Notes under the pieces: generated by a model
What the model was told of the DNA's origin: nothing
Databases searched by the model: none
What the model saw: the letters and a program-made list of their open reading frames with translations, nothing else
Position numbers and translations under genes: made by a program
Shown: piece after piece, positions 1-9,525 of the stretch
How the letters are laid out: every line of letters begins with the position of its first letter
How positions within the stretch are numbered: the stretch's first letter is position 1
Assembly (NCBI GenBank): GCA_017309145.1
Contig: JAFLDU010000005.1
Location: 1-45,390, forward strand
Source: Zoogloea sp.
Lineage (GTDB): Bacteria > Pseudomonadota > Gammaproteobacteria > Burkholderiales > Rhodocyclaceae
Length of the DNA: 45,390 bases
Direction of reading: 5' to 3'

Positions 1-1
1 G

Positions 2-1120
2 CAGCTGGTGGTGGACATCGGGGGTGGGTCCACCGAGTTCGTGATCGGCAAGAGCTTCCAGCCGATTGCCCTGGAGTCGCTGTACATGGGCTGCGTGAGC
101 TTCTCGCTGCGCCATTTTCCGGATGGCCGGGTAGACAAGCGCGGGCTGCGCGATGCCGAGCTGGCCGCGCAGAAGGAGATCCAGACGATCTCCCACGCCT
201 ACCGGGAGATTGGCTGGGAGGAGGCGGTCGGCTCCAGCGGGTCCGCCAAGGCCCTGGTGGACATCCTCGAGCTGAACGGCCTCTCCGACGGCGGCATCAC
301 CCGGACGGGTATGGAGAAGCTGCGGGCCCTGATGCTGCGGGCCGGCAACGTGAATGCCTTGCAGCTGGAGGGGCTCCGTCCAGACCGCCTGCCGGTTCTG
401 CCGGGGGGCTTCGCCATCATGTGGGCCGTCTTCGAGGAGTTCGGTCTGGAGCGCATGACCTTCTCGGAAGGTGCTCTGCGCCTTGGTGTGCTCTACGACC
501 TGCTGGGCCGCTACCACCACCATGACCTGCGCGATGCGACGGTGACGGCCTTCATGAGCCGCTATGGCGTGGATCTGGCGCACGCCCACCAAGTGACCGA
601 AACCGCCCGTGGTTTCCTGCAGCAGCTCGATCCCGCTTCGGCGGACGGGGACAACGTGGATGCGCGTTTCCTCGAGTGGGCCGCCAAGTTGCACGAGATC
701 GGCGTGTCGGTCGCCCATTCCAGCTACCACAAGCACAGCGCCTATATTCTTGGCAATGCCGACATGCCGGGTTTCTCGCGCATGGACCAAGGGCGTCTGG
801 CGCGCATGGTGCTGGCGCATCGGGGCAAGCTGGCGCGGGTGAGCGCGCTTGATCCGAACAGTCCGGAGTGGCGCCTGATCCTGTGTCTGCGCCTGGCCGC
901 GGTGGTACACCGGGCGCGGGACGGGCGCGGCGTGCCGCCCCTGCGCCTGAAGCACGAGGGCCGTGGCTACGTGCTGGTGGCCGACGCCGAGTGGTTGCGC
1001 AACCTGCCGCTCACCGCGGCGGCACTCGACGAGGAGGAGCGCCAGTGGCAATCCATCGGCATGCCCCTCAAGCTGCGGGTGGAGCGCGCGGTGACCCGCA
1101 ATCCGGCGGGTAAGGTCTAG
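2..1120 (+). CDS. ppx: Exopolyphosphatase Ppx/GppA (5'-truncated by window edge)
   Basis: VDIGGGSTE and GALRLGVLYD motifs; HD-like region LHEIG...YHKHSAYIL...MPGF; the reading frame is open from the window start. Confidence 0.92.
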   Translation, partial: QLVVDIGGGSTEFVIGKSFQPIALESLYMGCVSFSLRHFPDGRVDKRGLRDAELAAQKEIQTISHAYREIGWEEAVGSSGSAKALVDILELNGLSDGGITRTGMEKLRALMLRAGNVNALQLEGLRPDRLPVLPGGFAIMWAVFEEFGLERMTFSEGALRLGVLYDLLGRYHHHDLRDATVTAFMSRYGVDLAHAHQVTETARGFLQQLDPASADGDNVDARFLEWAAKLHEIGVSVAHSSYHKHSAYILGNADMPGFSRMDQGRLARMVLAHRGKLARVSALDPNSPEWRLILCLRLAAVVHRARDGRGVPPLRLKHEGRGYVLVADAEWLRNLPLTAAALDEEERQWQSIGMPLKLRVERAVTRNPAGKV

Positions 1121-1131
1121 CCCGGCCCGCA

Positions 1132-2262
1132 ATGTCTCCGGTCAGCGCTGTACCGGCTCTGCGTCTGGATGTGAAGGCTGATGACAGCCGGGCGCACCTG
1201 TCGGGTGACTGGACTCTCGCAGCGCTGACGGCCGATCCGCGCCAGTTGCGCGGTGAGCTGGAGGCGGTTCCGGCGGAGGCGGCCTGGAGCTTGGCTGAGG
1301 TGTCGAGGCTCGATAGTTACGGGGCCTTGCTGCTGTGGCGGGTCTGGGGGCGTCGTCGGCCGGCGCATCTCGACCTGCCGCCCGCGCTGGAGGCCGTCTT
1401 CGCGCGGGTTGAGGCGATCCCGGTGCTCACCTGTGCCACCGAGCCCCCTTACCGCTTGCTGGATGGGACGGCCCAGGTCGGCCGCATCGTCATCGACATC
1501 GGCCATCACGTCATCGGTTTCGTGGCCCTGATCGGCCAGATCCTGATCGATCTGTGGGGGCTTGTCGGTGACTCCAAGCGCTGGCCCTTGTTCGAGATCT
1601 CGGCCAACTTCTACAAGGTGGGGGTGCGGGCGATGCCCGTGACCGCGCTGGTCGGCTTTCTGATCGGGGTGGTCATGTCCTACCTGTCGGCCTTGCAGCT
1701 GCGCGCCTTCGGGGCGGATGCCTTCATCGTGAACATCCTGGGTCTGGGCATCATCCGAGAGCTGGGGCCGGTGCTGGTGTCGGTCCTGGTGGCCGGCCGG
1801 TCGGGCTCGGCGATGACGGCCCAGCTCGGTGTGATGCGGGTCACCGAGGAGATCGACGCGCTGGCCGTGATGGGCATCTCGCGCTACGTCCGCCTCGTCG
1901 TGCCCAAGGTGGTGGCCCTCACCCTGGCCATGCCGCTGCTGACCCTGTGGGGCTCGGCGGTGGCGATCTTCGGTGGCATGGTGTCGGCCAATCTGCAGCT
2001 GGACCTGAGCTTCGATTACTTCCTCAATGCACTGCCGCGAGCGGTGCCCGCTGCCAACCTGGTGATCGGCTTGGTGAAGGGCGCGGTCTTCGGTTTGCTG
2101 ATCGCCCTGGTGGCCTGCTACTTCGGCCTGCGGGTGCGCCCCAATACCGAGAGTCTGTCAGCCAACACGACTGCCTCGGTGGTGGCGTCGATCACCGTCG
2201 TGATCATTGTCGATGCGATCTTCGCAGTGGCCACCCGCTCCATCGGGCTGCCTTTCCGGTGA
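1132..2262 (+). CDS. MlaE-family ABC permease with N-terminal STAS-like domain
   Basis: RELGPVL...AGRSGSAMTAQLGVMRVTEEIDAL MlaE signature; N-terminal LSGDWT...RLDSYGALLL. Confidence 0.9.
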   Translation: MSPVSAVPALRLDVKADDSRAHLSGDWTLAALTADPRQLRGELEAVPAEAAWSLAEVSRLDSYGALLLWRVWGRRRPAHLDLPPALEAVFARVEAIPVLTCATEPPYRLLDGTAQVGRIVIDIGHHVIGFVALIGQILIDLWGLVGDSKRWPLFEISANFYKVGVRAMPVTALVGFLIGVVMSYLSALQLRAFGADAFIVNILGLGIIRELGPVLVSVLVAGRSGSAMTAQLGVMRVTEEIDALAVMGISRYVRLVVPKVVALTLAMPLLTLWGSAVAIFGGMVSANLQLDLSFDYFLNALPRAVPAANLVIGLVKGAVFGLLIALVACYFGLRVRPNTESLSANTTASVVASITVVIIVDAIFAVATRSIGLPFR

Positions 2263-2272
2263 GTGCCCCCGC

Positions 2273-3058
2273 ATGATGATGTCGCCCATCCTCCCGGTGG
2301 AGCTCAGAGGCGTGTCCACCGTCTTCGGCAAGACCTGGATCCACCGGAAGCTTGATCTGGCCGTGTCGGCTGGAGAGGTGGTGGCGCTGGTGGGGGGGTC
2401 GGGCAGCGGCAAGACGACGCTGCTGCGGCAGATTGTCGGTCTGCTCCAGCCGGCGGAGGGCGAGGTGCGTCTGTTTGGCGAACCCCTCAAGGCCGGTGGG
2501 CGGGATGACCGTCTGGCGCGCCGGCGCCGCTTCGGCATGCTGTTCCAGCAGGGTGCGCTGTTTTCTGCCTTGACCGTGTTTGCCAATATCGCTTTTCCCT
2601 TGCGCGAATTCGGGATCACCGACGAAGCGCTGATCCGCGATCTGGTCCTGCTCAAGATGGCGATGGTGGAGCTGGAGCCCGAGGTGGCGGCGCGGATGCC
2701 CGCCGAGCTTTCCGGCGGCATGGTCAAGCGCGTGGCCCTGGCCCGCGCCCTGGCGCTGGAGCCCGAGCTGCTGCTGCTCGACGAGCCTACTGCGGGGCTT
2801 GATCCGGACCGCAGCGCGGGCTTCGTGGATCTGATCCGCTCCCTGCATCGCAGCCTGGGGCTTACCGTGGTGCTGGTGACCCATGACCTGGACACCCTGG
2901 CGGCCCTGGCCAGCCGGGTGGCCGTGCTGTCGGAAGGACGTATACTTGCCGCTGGCCCCCTGGAAGAGATCATGACCGTGCAGGACCCCTTCATCCAGCG
3001 TTTCTTCCACAGCGAGCGCAGCCGTGCCGCGTTGGCCAGGGCAGGAGAGCCCCGCTGA
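2273..3058 (+). CDS. MlaF-like ABC ATP-binding protein
   Basis: Walker A GGSGSGKT, signature LSGGM, Walker B LLLLDEPT, H-loop VTHD; start chosen at ATG 2273. Confidence 0.9.
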   Translation: MMMSPILPVELRGVSTVFGKTWIHRKLDLAVSAGEVVALVGGSGSGKTTLLRQIVGLLQPAEGEVRLFGEPLKAGGRDDRLARRRRFGMLFQQGALFSALTVFANIAFPLREFGITDEALIRDLVLLKMAMVELEPEVAARMPAELSGGMVKRVALARALALEPELLLLDEPTAGLDPDRSAGFVDLIRSLHRSLGLTVVLVTHDLDTLAALASRVAVLSEGRILAAGPLEEIMTVQDPFIQRFFHSERSRAALARAGEPR

Positions 3059-3993
3059 TGGAGAACCGTGCCCATGCCATCGCCACCGGCTTGTTTGCCA
3101 TCCTCCTGAGTGCGGCGGTGGTACTGGCCCTGTGGTGGTTCTCCGACAAGCGGGAGGCGACGCGCGAGCTGGTGCTGGTCACATCGGGCAGTGTCAATGG
3201 GCTCAATCCCCAGGCGACCGTCCGCTACCGGGGCATCGTGGCCGGGCGGGTGGCACGGATCGACCTCGATCCCGAGGATCCGCGCAAGGTGCTGGTGTTC
3301 GTGCGGATCCGCACCGACCTGCCCATCACCCAGGCCACCCGGGCACGCCTGGCGACCCAGGGGGTCACCGGCCTGGCTTTCATCGCGCTGGACGACCCAG
3401 GCGATGGGGCAGCCCCCATCGTCGGTGAGACGCCCCGCATTCCGCTGGCCCCCAGCGTCATCGAGGAGCTGACCAGCGGGGCGCTGCAGACCCTGCGCCA
3501 GTTGCGGATCATGTCGGAGCGGCTGGCCACCCTGACACGGCCAGAGAATCTCTCCCGCATCGAGAACACCCTGGCCCGCCTGGAGTCGTCCAGCCGCGGG
3601 CTGGACCAGACCCTGCAGGAGACGCCCCGGCTGGTGGCCGATCTGCGCCGTTTCCTGGACAAGGACAATCTGGAGCGCATCAGCCGGACCTTGGCAAACC
3701 TCGAGCGTGCCAGCGCGGAGGCGGCGCCCATGGCGGTCGAGGGGCGTAAGCTGCTGGTCCGCCTTGAAAGCGCCAGTGCGCGCCTGGAGACATTGACGGG
3801 CAGCGTCGGGGAAGGGCTGTCGGCGTCGACCCTGCCGCGCATCAACAGCCTGGTGCAGGAGCTGACCACCACATCCCGACAACTGTCTGGCCTGCTCGAC
3901 GAAGTCGAGCGTTCTCCCCAGATGATCCTCCTCGGCCGCGAGACCCCACAGCCCGGTCCTGGCGAGGCGGGTTTCAAGCTCCCTGTCCGCTAG
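3058..3993 (+). CDS. MlaD/MCE-domain protein
   Basis: N-terminal TM helix; SVNGL...VRYRGI.AGRV MCE motif; QGVTGLAFIAL; long helical C-terminus. Confidence 0.88.
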   Translation: MENRAHAIATGLFAILLSAAVVLALWWFSDKREATRELVLVTSGSVNGLNPQATVRYRGIVAGRVARIDLDPEDPRKVLVFVRIRTDLPITQATRARLATQGVTGLAFIALDDPGDGAAPIVGETPRIPLAPSVIEELTSGALQTLRQLRIMSERLATLTRPENLSRIENTLARLESSSRGLDQTLQETPRLVADLRRFLDKDNLERISRTLANLERASAEAAPMAVEGRKLLVRLESASARLETLTGSVGEGLSASTLPRINSLVQELTTTSRQLSGLLDEVERSPQMILLGRETPQPGPGEAGFKLPVR

Positions 3994-4007
3994 TCTGTCC
4001 GGAGAAT

Positions 4008-4634
4008 ATGCTGCCCATGCGCCTTGTCCATTTCGTCAATACCGCCTTTCTGGCCCTGTTGCTCGGCGGCTGCACGGTGCCGTCCCGTCCGGCCGCCCAG
4101 GCGGTGCATGATCTGGGAGTGCTCGAAGCCGTCGCGACGCCGGCTGGCACAGCGCTGCTGCGCAGCGTCGATGTGCAGCCGGCGCCGTGGCTGGCGGGCA
4201 CGGCGATGGGCTACCGCCTGCTGCAGATCCAGCCGACGCGCCGCCAGGCCTACTCGGAGAGCCGTTGGGCCGCGCCGCCAGCGCAGCTGGTGGAGTTGGC
4301 CCTGCGGCGTACCCTGGGGGCGGGGCAGGGGAGCTGCCGATTGCGCATCGAGCTGGATGAATTCGCCCAGGTGTTCGAGACGGACACGCTCAGCCGCGGC
4401 GTCATCGAGGCCCGGGCCAGCCTGCTGACGCAGCGCGGAGAGCAGGTGCTCGCCAGCCGGGCTTTCTCGATCAGCCTGCCGGCGGCGACGCCGGATGCGG
4501 CAGGCGGTGTTGCCGCCCTGCAGGCTGCCAGCCGTGCCCTGGGGCGTGAGCTGACGGGCTGGTTGAACGGATTGAGTCAGCAGGAATCCCCTCAGGGGAT
4601 GCCCCACAAGTCGGGTGCCCTCTGCGCGACCTGA
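4008..4634 (+). CDS. PqiC-like ABC transport auxiliary lipoprotein
   Basis: Lipobox LLGGC; YSESRWAAPPAQL motif; last gene of the MCE operon (start may be 4017). Confidence 0.8.
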   Translation: MLPMRLVHFVNTAFLALLLGGCTVPSRPAAQAVHDLGVLEAVATPAGTALLRSVDVQPAPWLAGTAMGYRLLQIQPTRRQAYSESRWAAPPAQLVELALRRTLGAGQGSCRLRIELDEFAQVFETDTLSRGVIEARASLLTQRGEQVLASRAFSISLPAATPDAAGGVAALQAASRALGRELTGWLNGLSQQESPQGMPHKSGALCAT

Positions 4635-4690
4635 GTTTGAAGCCATGACCGGCAGGCACGTGCCGGCGTCCAATCAAGGAGGAGAGAAGC

Positions 4691-5491
4691 ATGAGCGCTG
4701 TACCAGAAACCCAACAAGAGCCGATGTTGCTGCGTAGCGATGTCGAGGGCGTGTGCACCCTGACCCTGAACCGCCCCGGGCAGTTCAATGCGCTGTCCCA
4801 GCCCATGCTGGAAGCCTTGCTTGCCGAGTTGGTGGGCATCGCCGCCGACAAAGCGGTGCGCGTGGTGGTGCTGGCGGGCGCGGGCAAGGCCTTCTGTGCC
4901 GGCCATGATCTCAAGGAGATGCGCGGCAACTACACCAAGGCCTTCCAGCAGGCCTTGTTCCGCCTGTGCGGCAAGGTGATGATGCAGATCGTCACCATGC
5001 CGCAGCCGGTGATCGCCCGCATTCACGGCATCGCCACCGCGGCGGGCTGTCAGCTGGTCTCCATGTGTGATCTGGCGGTGGCGTCGGACGTGGCGCGTTT
5101 TGCCGTGTCGGGCATCAATGTGGGCCTCTTCTGCGCTACGCCGAGCGTGGGCTTGTCACGCAACATGGGCCGCAAGGAAGCCTTCGAGATGCTGGTCACC
5201 GGCGACTTCATCGATGCGCAGGAAGCCCGGCGGCGTGGGCTGGTGAACCGGGTGGTCCCGCTCGAGAGCCTGGACGAGGAAGTCGCCCGCCTCACCGCGT
5301 CGATCTGCGCCAAGTCGCCGGCGGCCATCGCCATGGGCAAGCAGATGTTCTACAGCCAGCTCGAAATGGGGCTGGATGCAGCCTACCAGCATGCCGCCGA
5401 GGTGATGGCCTGCAACATGATGTGCGAGGACGCCGCGGAAGGCATCGACGCCTTCATGGCCAAGCGTAAGCCGGTGTGGACGGGCAAGTGA
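4691..5491 (+). CDS. Enoyl-CoA hydratase/isomerase (crotonase) family protein
   Basis: LNRP..FNAL, AFCAGHDLKE, PVIARIHGIATAAGCQL; RBS AAGGAGG upstream. Confidence 0.92.
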   Translation: MSAVPETQQEPMLLRSDVEGVCTLTLNRPGQFNALSQPMLEALLAELVGIAADKAVRVVVLAGAGKAFCAGHDLKEMRGNYTKAFQQALFRLCGKVMMQIVTMPQPVIARIHGIATAAGCQLVSMCDLAVASDVARFAVSGINVGLFCATPSVGLSRNMGRKEAFEMLVTGDFIDAQEARRRGLVNRVVPLESLDEEVARLTASICAKSPAAIAMGKQMFYSQLEMGLDAAYQHAAEVMACNMMCEDAAEGIDAFMAKRKPVWTGK

Positions 5492-5500
5492 GCCGCTGAC

Positions 5501-6307
5501 TTGCTGATCGATACCCACTGCCACCTGGACGCCGCCGAGTTCGATGCCGACCGCCAGGCGGTCATCGACGCGGCTCGTGCCCAGGGGGTGGACGGCTTCC
5601 TGGTGCCGGCCGTGGCGGTGGATAATTTTGATGCCGTGGCCAGCCTGTCCGCGGCCCATCCGGATTGCGTCCACGCCTACGGCATCCATCCGCTGTATGT
5701 GGGGCAGGCCGGTGAAGAGGACGTGGATCGCCTGCGCGAACGGCTGGCGGACGGGACGGCCGTGGCGGTGGGTGAGATCGGTCTCGACGGCTTTGTGCCG
5801 GACGGCGACCTACCGCGCCAGGAGCGCTTTCTCGACGCCCAGCTGAGACTGGCGGTGGCTTTCGGGCTGCCGGTGGTCCTGCATGTGCGTCGGGCCCAGG
5901 ACCGGGTCCTGAAGGCCCTGCGCCGCCATCGTCCGCCGGGTGGGATCGCCCATGCCTTCAACGGCAGTCGGCAGCAGGCCGAGGCGTTCATCGGTCTGGG
6001 CTGCAAGCTCGGGTTTGGTGGGGCGATGACTTATTCCGGCTCAAGGCGCATCCGGGAGCTGGCAGCCACACTGCCCCTGTCGGCCATCGTGCTGGAGACC
6101 GATGCACCGGACATCGCGCCGGCCTGGGGCGCCGCGCAGCGTAACGATCCGGCAAACCTTCGTCGCATGGCCGAGGTGCTGGCCGAACTGAGGGGGATGG
6201 AGGTCGATGAGGTGATCGCAGTGACCGGCGCCAATGCTGTCGCCGCGATTCCCGGGTTGGCACGGATCAGGAGGGCGAGGGCACCGGCGTCTGGCTGCGG
6301 GCGATGA
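5501..6307 (+). CDS. TatD-family hydrolase
   Basis: IDTHCH, GIHP, VGEIGLD and LETDAP motifs; TTG start. Confidence 0.9.
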   Translation: MLIDTHCHLDAAEFDADRQAVIDAARAQGVDGFLVPAVAVDNFDAVASLSAAHPDCVHAYGIHPLYVGQAGEEDVDRLRERLADGTAVAVGEIGLDGFVPDGDLPRQERFLDAQLRLAVAFGLPVVLHVRRAQDRVLKALRRHRPPGGIAHAFNGSRQQAEAFIGLGCKLGFGGAMTYSGSRRIRELAATLPLSAIVLETDAPDIAPAWGAAQRNDPANLRRMAEVLAELRGMEVDEVIAVTGANAVAAIPGLARIRRARAPASGCGR

Positions 6308-6857
6308 GGGCGCGGATGTCGTCCTTCATGCGGGCCACGTCGCCATCGAATTTCTCGCAGTTCATCATCGAGACGCCGAAGACGTAGGCATACAGCAGCA
6401 TGCTGCGGGTGGACGCTTCGTGCATCGGCACGCCACAGGCCAGGAAAAGGTCGCGGGCGCAGCGCAGGCGCCAGGCGTCGACCTCCTCGACGATGGCGGC
6501 GGCGGCGGTGTCACGCCGTGCCCACTCGCGCATGGCAAGCTCGATCAGGATGCCCTTGCGGTTGCGGCTGGCGCTGTACACGTCGATCACGTGGAAGATC
6601 TGCGCCACCTCGCCGCCGGGTTCGCGCCGGGTCTGCTTCACGATGTCGCGGATGCGGCCTTCCTTCCAGGTTTCGAGCACGCCTGACAGCAGGTCCTGGC
6701 GATCCTTGAAATGCCAGTAGAAGCTGCCCTTGGTGACATGCAGGCGCTTGGCCAGGACTTCGACGCGCACACCGGTGACGCCTTCTTCGGCGAGGATGTC
6801 GAGGGCGCCCTGAATCCAGGCCGCGCGGTCGAGTTGCAGGCGGGGTGTCTTTTCCAT
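6267..6857 (-). CDS. TetR/AcrR-family transcriptional regulator
   Basis: HTH RVEVLAKRLHVTKGSFYWHFKDR; the ORF extends to 6887 but ATG 6857 (MEKTPR) is the more likely start. Confidence 0.9.
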   Translation of the reverse strand: MEKTPRLQLDRAAWIQGALDILAEEGVTGVRVEVLAKRLHVTKGSFYWHFKDRQDLLSGVLETWKEGRIRDIVKQTRREPGGEVAQIFHVIDVYSASRNRKGILIELAMREWARRDTAAAAIVEEVDAWRLRCARDLFLACGVPMHEASTRSMLLYAYVFGVSMMNCEKFDGDVARMKDDIRALIARSQTPVPSPS

Positions 6858-6868
6858 TCGGCGTAGTA

Positions 6869-6901
6869 TTGACGGTTTCGAGTCCATACGCTACCGTACG
6901 G
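6869..6901 (+). promoter_or_regulatory. Sigma70 promoter for the etf operon overlapped by an 18-bp palindromic operator
   Basis: TTGACG (6869-6874)-N17-TACCGT (6892-6897); palindrome CCATACG-ctac-CGTACGG (6884-6901, one mismatch). Confidence 0.6.
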
Positions 6902-7082
6902 AAAGTGACAAAGCAAGATGCCTGTGAGAAGCTGGCGTCTGCTGTTCCGGCACGTGCTGCGCGCATAATGCGCGTCTGGCCGGCAGTCCAAGAAAAGGCG
7001 TGTGGGAAGATCCCTGTCCAGGGACCGGAATTCCGCAGGCCGAGAAGATCAGTGGAGAAATTCCCATTTAAGGAGCGCAGCA

Positions 7083-7832
7083 TTGAAGATCCTGGTTCCC
7101 GTTAAACGTGTGGTCGATTACAACGTCAAGGTGCGCGTCAAGAGCGATGGCACCGGCGTGGATATTGCCAACGTCAAGATGTCCATGAATCCCTTCGACG
7201 AGATCGCTGTCGAAGAGGCCGTTCGCCTGAAAGAAGCCGGTGTCGCCACTGAAGTGGTGGCGGTGTCCTGCGGTGTCGGTGCCTGCCAGGAAACCCTGCG
7301 CACCGCCATGGCCATCGGCGCCGACCGTGGCATCCTGGTCGAGACCGATGTCGAGCTCCAACCCCTGGCCGTCGCCAAGCTGCTCAAGGCCTTGTGCGAC
7401 AAGGAGCAGCCCCAGGTGGTGATCTGCGGCAAGCAGGCCATCGACGATGATGCCAACCAGACCGGCCAGATGCTGTCTGCGCTGATGGGCTGGCCCCAGG
7501 CCACCTTCGCCTCCAAGGTGGCGGTGAGTGCCGGCAAGGCCACGGTGACCCGCGAGATCGACGGCGGCCTCGAAACCCTCGAGATCGCCCTGCCGGCGGT
7601 GGTGACCACCGACCTGCGCCTCAATGAGCCGCGCTACGCCACCCTGCCCAACATCATGAAGGCCAAGAAGAAGCCCCTCGAGACCGTCAAGCCGGCGGAT
7701 CTGGGCGTCGACGTGTCCCCGCGCCTGACCACCCTCAAGGTGGTCGAGCCGCCCAAGCGCAGCGCGGGTGTCATGGTGGCTGACGTGGCTCAGCTGGTTG
7801 AAAAACTCAAGAACGAAGCGAAGGTGCTGTAA
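7083..7832 (+). CDS. etfB: Electron transfer flavoprotein beta subunit
   Basis: [35 protein letters not shown]; TTG start after AAGGAG. Confidence 0.96.
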   Translation: MKILVPVKRVVDYNVKVRVKSDGTGVDIANVKMSMNPFDEIAVEEAVRLKEAGVATEVVAVSCGVGACQETLRTAMAIGADRGILVETDVELQPLAVAKLLKALCDKEQPQVVICGKQAIDDDANQTGQMLSALMGWPQATFASKVAVSAGKATVTREIDGGLETLEIALPAVVTTDLRLNEPRYATLPNIMKAKKKPLETVKPADLGVDVSPRLTTLKVVEPPKRSAGVMVADVAQLVEKLKNEAKVL

Positions 7833-8773
7833 TGACGATCCTGGTTGTTGCCGAGCACGACAATGCGTCCCTGAAGGGCGCCACCCTCAATACCGTCACC
7901 GCCGCCGCCAAGCTGGGCGGTGACGTGGTCATCCTGGTCGCCGGCTCCGGCGCGGGTGCCGCCGCCGAGGCCGCCTCCCGCGTGGCGGGTGTGAACAAGG
8001 TCCTGTTGGCCGACTCCGCCGTCTTCGCCGACCAGTCCGCCGAGAACCTGGCCAACCAGGTGCTGGAAGTCGTCAAGGCAGGTGGTGGTGCGATCAGCCA
8101 CGTGCTGGCCCCGGCCTCCACCTTCGGCAAGAACGTGCTGCCCCGCGTGGCGGCGCTGCTGGATGTGGCCCAGATCTCCGAGATCGTGGCGGTCGAGTCC
8201 GCCGACACCTTCGTACGCCCGATCTACGCCGGTAACGCGCTGGCCACGGTCAAGTCCGCCGATCCGGTGAAGGTCATCACCGTGCGCACCACCGCCTTCG
8301 AGGCGGCAGGCGAGGGTGGCTCTGCCGCCGTCGAGCAGGTGGCCGCGGTGGCTGACTCCGGCCTCTCCCGGTTGACCGGCCGCGAGCTGACCAAGTCTGC
8401 CCGTCCGGAGCTAGGGGCTGCCAAGATCATCGTCTCCGGTGGTCGTGGCCTGGGCAGCAGCGAGAACTACAACAAGGTTCTCGAGCCGCTGGCCGACAAG
8501 CTTGGTGCCGCTCTGGGGGCTTCCCGTGCTGCGGTGGATGCAGGCTATGTGCCCAACGACTACCAGGTTGGTCAGACCGGCAAGATCGTTGCCCCCCAGC
8601 TTTACCTGGCGGTCGGCATCTCCGGCGCAATCCAGCATCTGGCCGGCATGAAGGACTCCAAGGTGATCGTGGCGATCAACAAGGATCCGGAAGCGCCGAT
8701 CTTCCAGGTGGCCGACTACGGCCTGGTGGCCGACCTCTTCGAAGCCGTGCCGCAGCTCACCTCGGCCATCTGA
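7832..8773 (+). CDS. etfA: Electron transfer flavoprotein alpha subunit
   Basis: [31 protein letters not shown]; TAATG coupling to etfB. Confidence 0.96.
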   Translation: MTILVVAEHDNASLKGATLNTVTAAAKLGGDVVILVAGSGAGAAAEAASRVAGVNKVLLADSAVFADQSAENLANQVLEVVKAGGGAISHVLAPASTFGKNVLPRVAALLDVAQISEIVAVESADTFVRPIYAGNALATVKSADPVKVITVRTTAFEAAGEGGSAAVEQVAAVADSGLSRLTGRELTKSARPELGAAKIIVSGGRGLGSSENYNKVLEPLADKLGAALGASRAAVDAGYVPNDYQVGQTGKIVAPQLYLAVGISGAIQHLAGMKDSKVIVAINKDPEAPIFQVADYGLVADLFEAVPQLTSAI

Positions 8774-8804
8774 GGCAGCACCCCGAGACCGCAGGGTTGG
8801 CTGA

Positions 8805-9467
8805 ATGAACTTCGCGCCCGACCTCTTTTCCGCAGGCTGGCACGGTTTTGCCGTGCTCTGCGGGTTGGGGGTCGGGGCGTGGATCTTCCGGACGGCCCCG
8901 TGGTCGCACCTGCTCGACGGGCATCAGCTCAACGCCCTGCTGGGGGCCGCGGTTGTCCTGACCCTGCTGTGGAGCATGAACGCCGGAGTCTATCCCGGGC
9001 TCAATCTCCATCTGCTGGGGGCAATGGCCACCACCCTCATCTTTGGTCCGCAGTTGGCTCTCGTCGTGCTGGCCCTGGCCCTGGCCGGCGTGACCCTCAA
9101 CGGTAGCGCCGAGTGGGCCGCCTATCCGATGAACCTGCTGATGATGGCCATCGTGCCGGTCACTGCCGGCAGGCTCTTCTTCCGCGCGGTCGAGCGCTGG
9201 TTGCCGCGTCATTTCTTCGTTTACATCTTCGTCAATGCCTTTCTGGGGGCTGCGGTGGTGGTCCTCGTGCAGGGCTTTGTCGCATCCCTCAGTTTGTACG
9301 CCGCCGGTGCTTACCCGGCGGACAAGCTGTTGTCCGAATACCTGCCGTTCTTCCTGCTGCTGGGCTTTGCCGAAGCCTGGCTGTCGGGCATGGCCTTGAC
9401 CCTGATGGTGGTTTACCGCCCGGAATGGGTCGCCAGTTTCGATGACCGCAGCTATCTGAACAAGTAA
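8805..9467 (+). CDS. CbiM-like (ECF S-component family) membrane protein
   Basis: Multi-TM protein; LHLLGA...LIFG, and FAEAWLSG...VVYRPEWV C-terminus resembling the CbiM family. Confidence 0.7.
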   Translation: MNFAPDLFSAGWHGFAVLCGLGVGAWIFRTAPWSHLLDGHQLNALLGAAVVLTLLWSMNAGVYPGLNLHLLGAMATTLIFGPQLALVVLALALAGVTLNGSAEWAAYPMNLLMMAIVPVTAGRLFFRAVERWLPRHFFVYIFVNAFLGAAVVVLVQGFVASLSLYAAGAYPADKLLSEYLPFFLLLGFAEAWLSGMALTLMVVYRPEWVASFDDRSYLNK

Positions 9468-9525
9468 GCCGGCCCCGCGGTCCCAGAGGTCGTAACACCT
9501 ACAACAACATAGTGGAGAAAAAACA

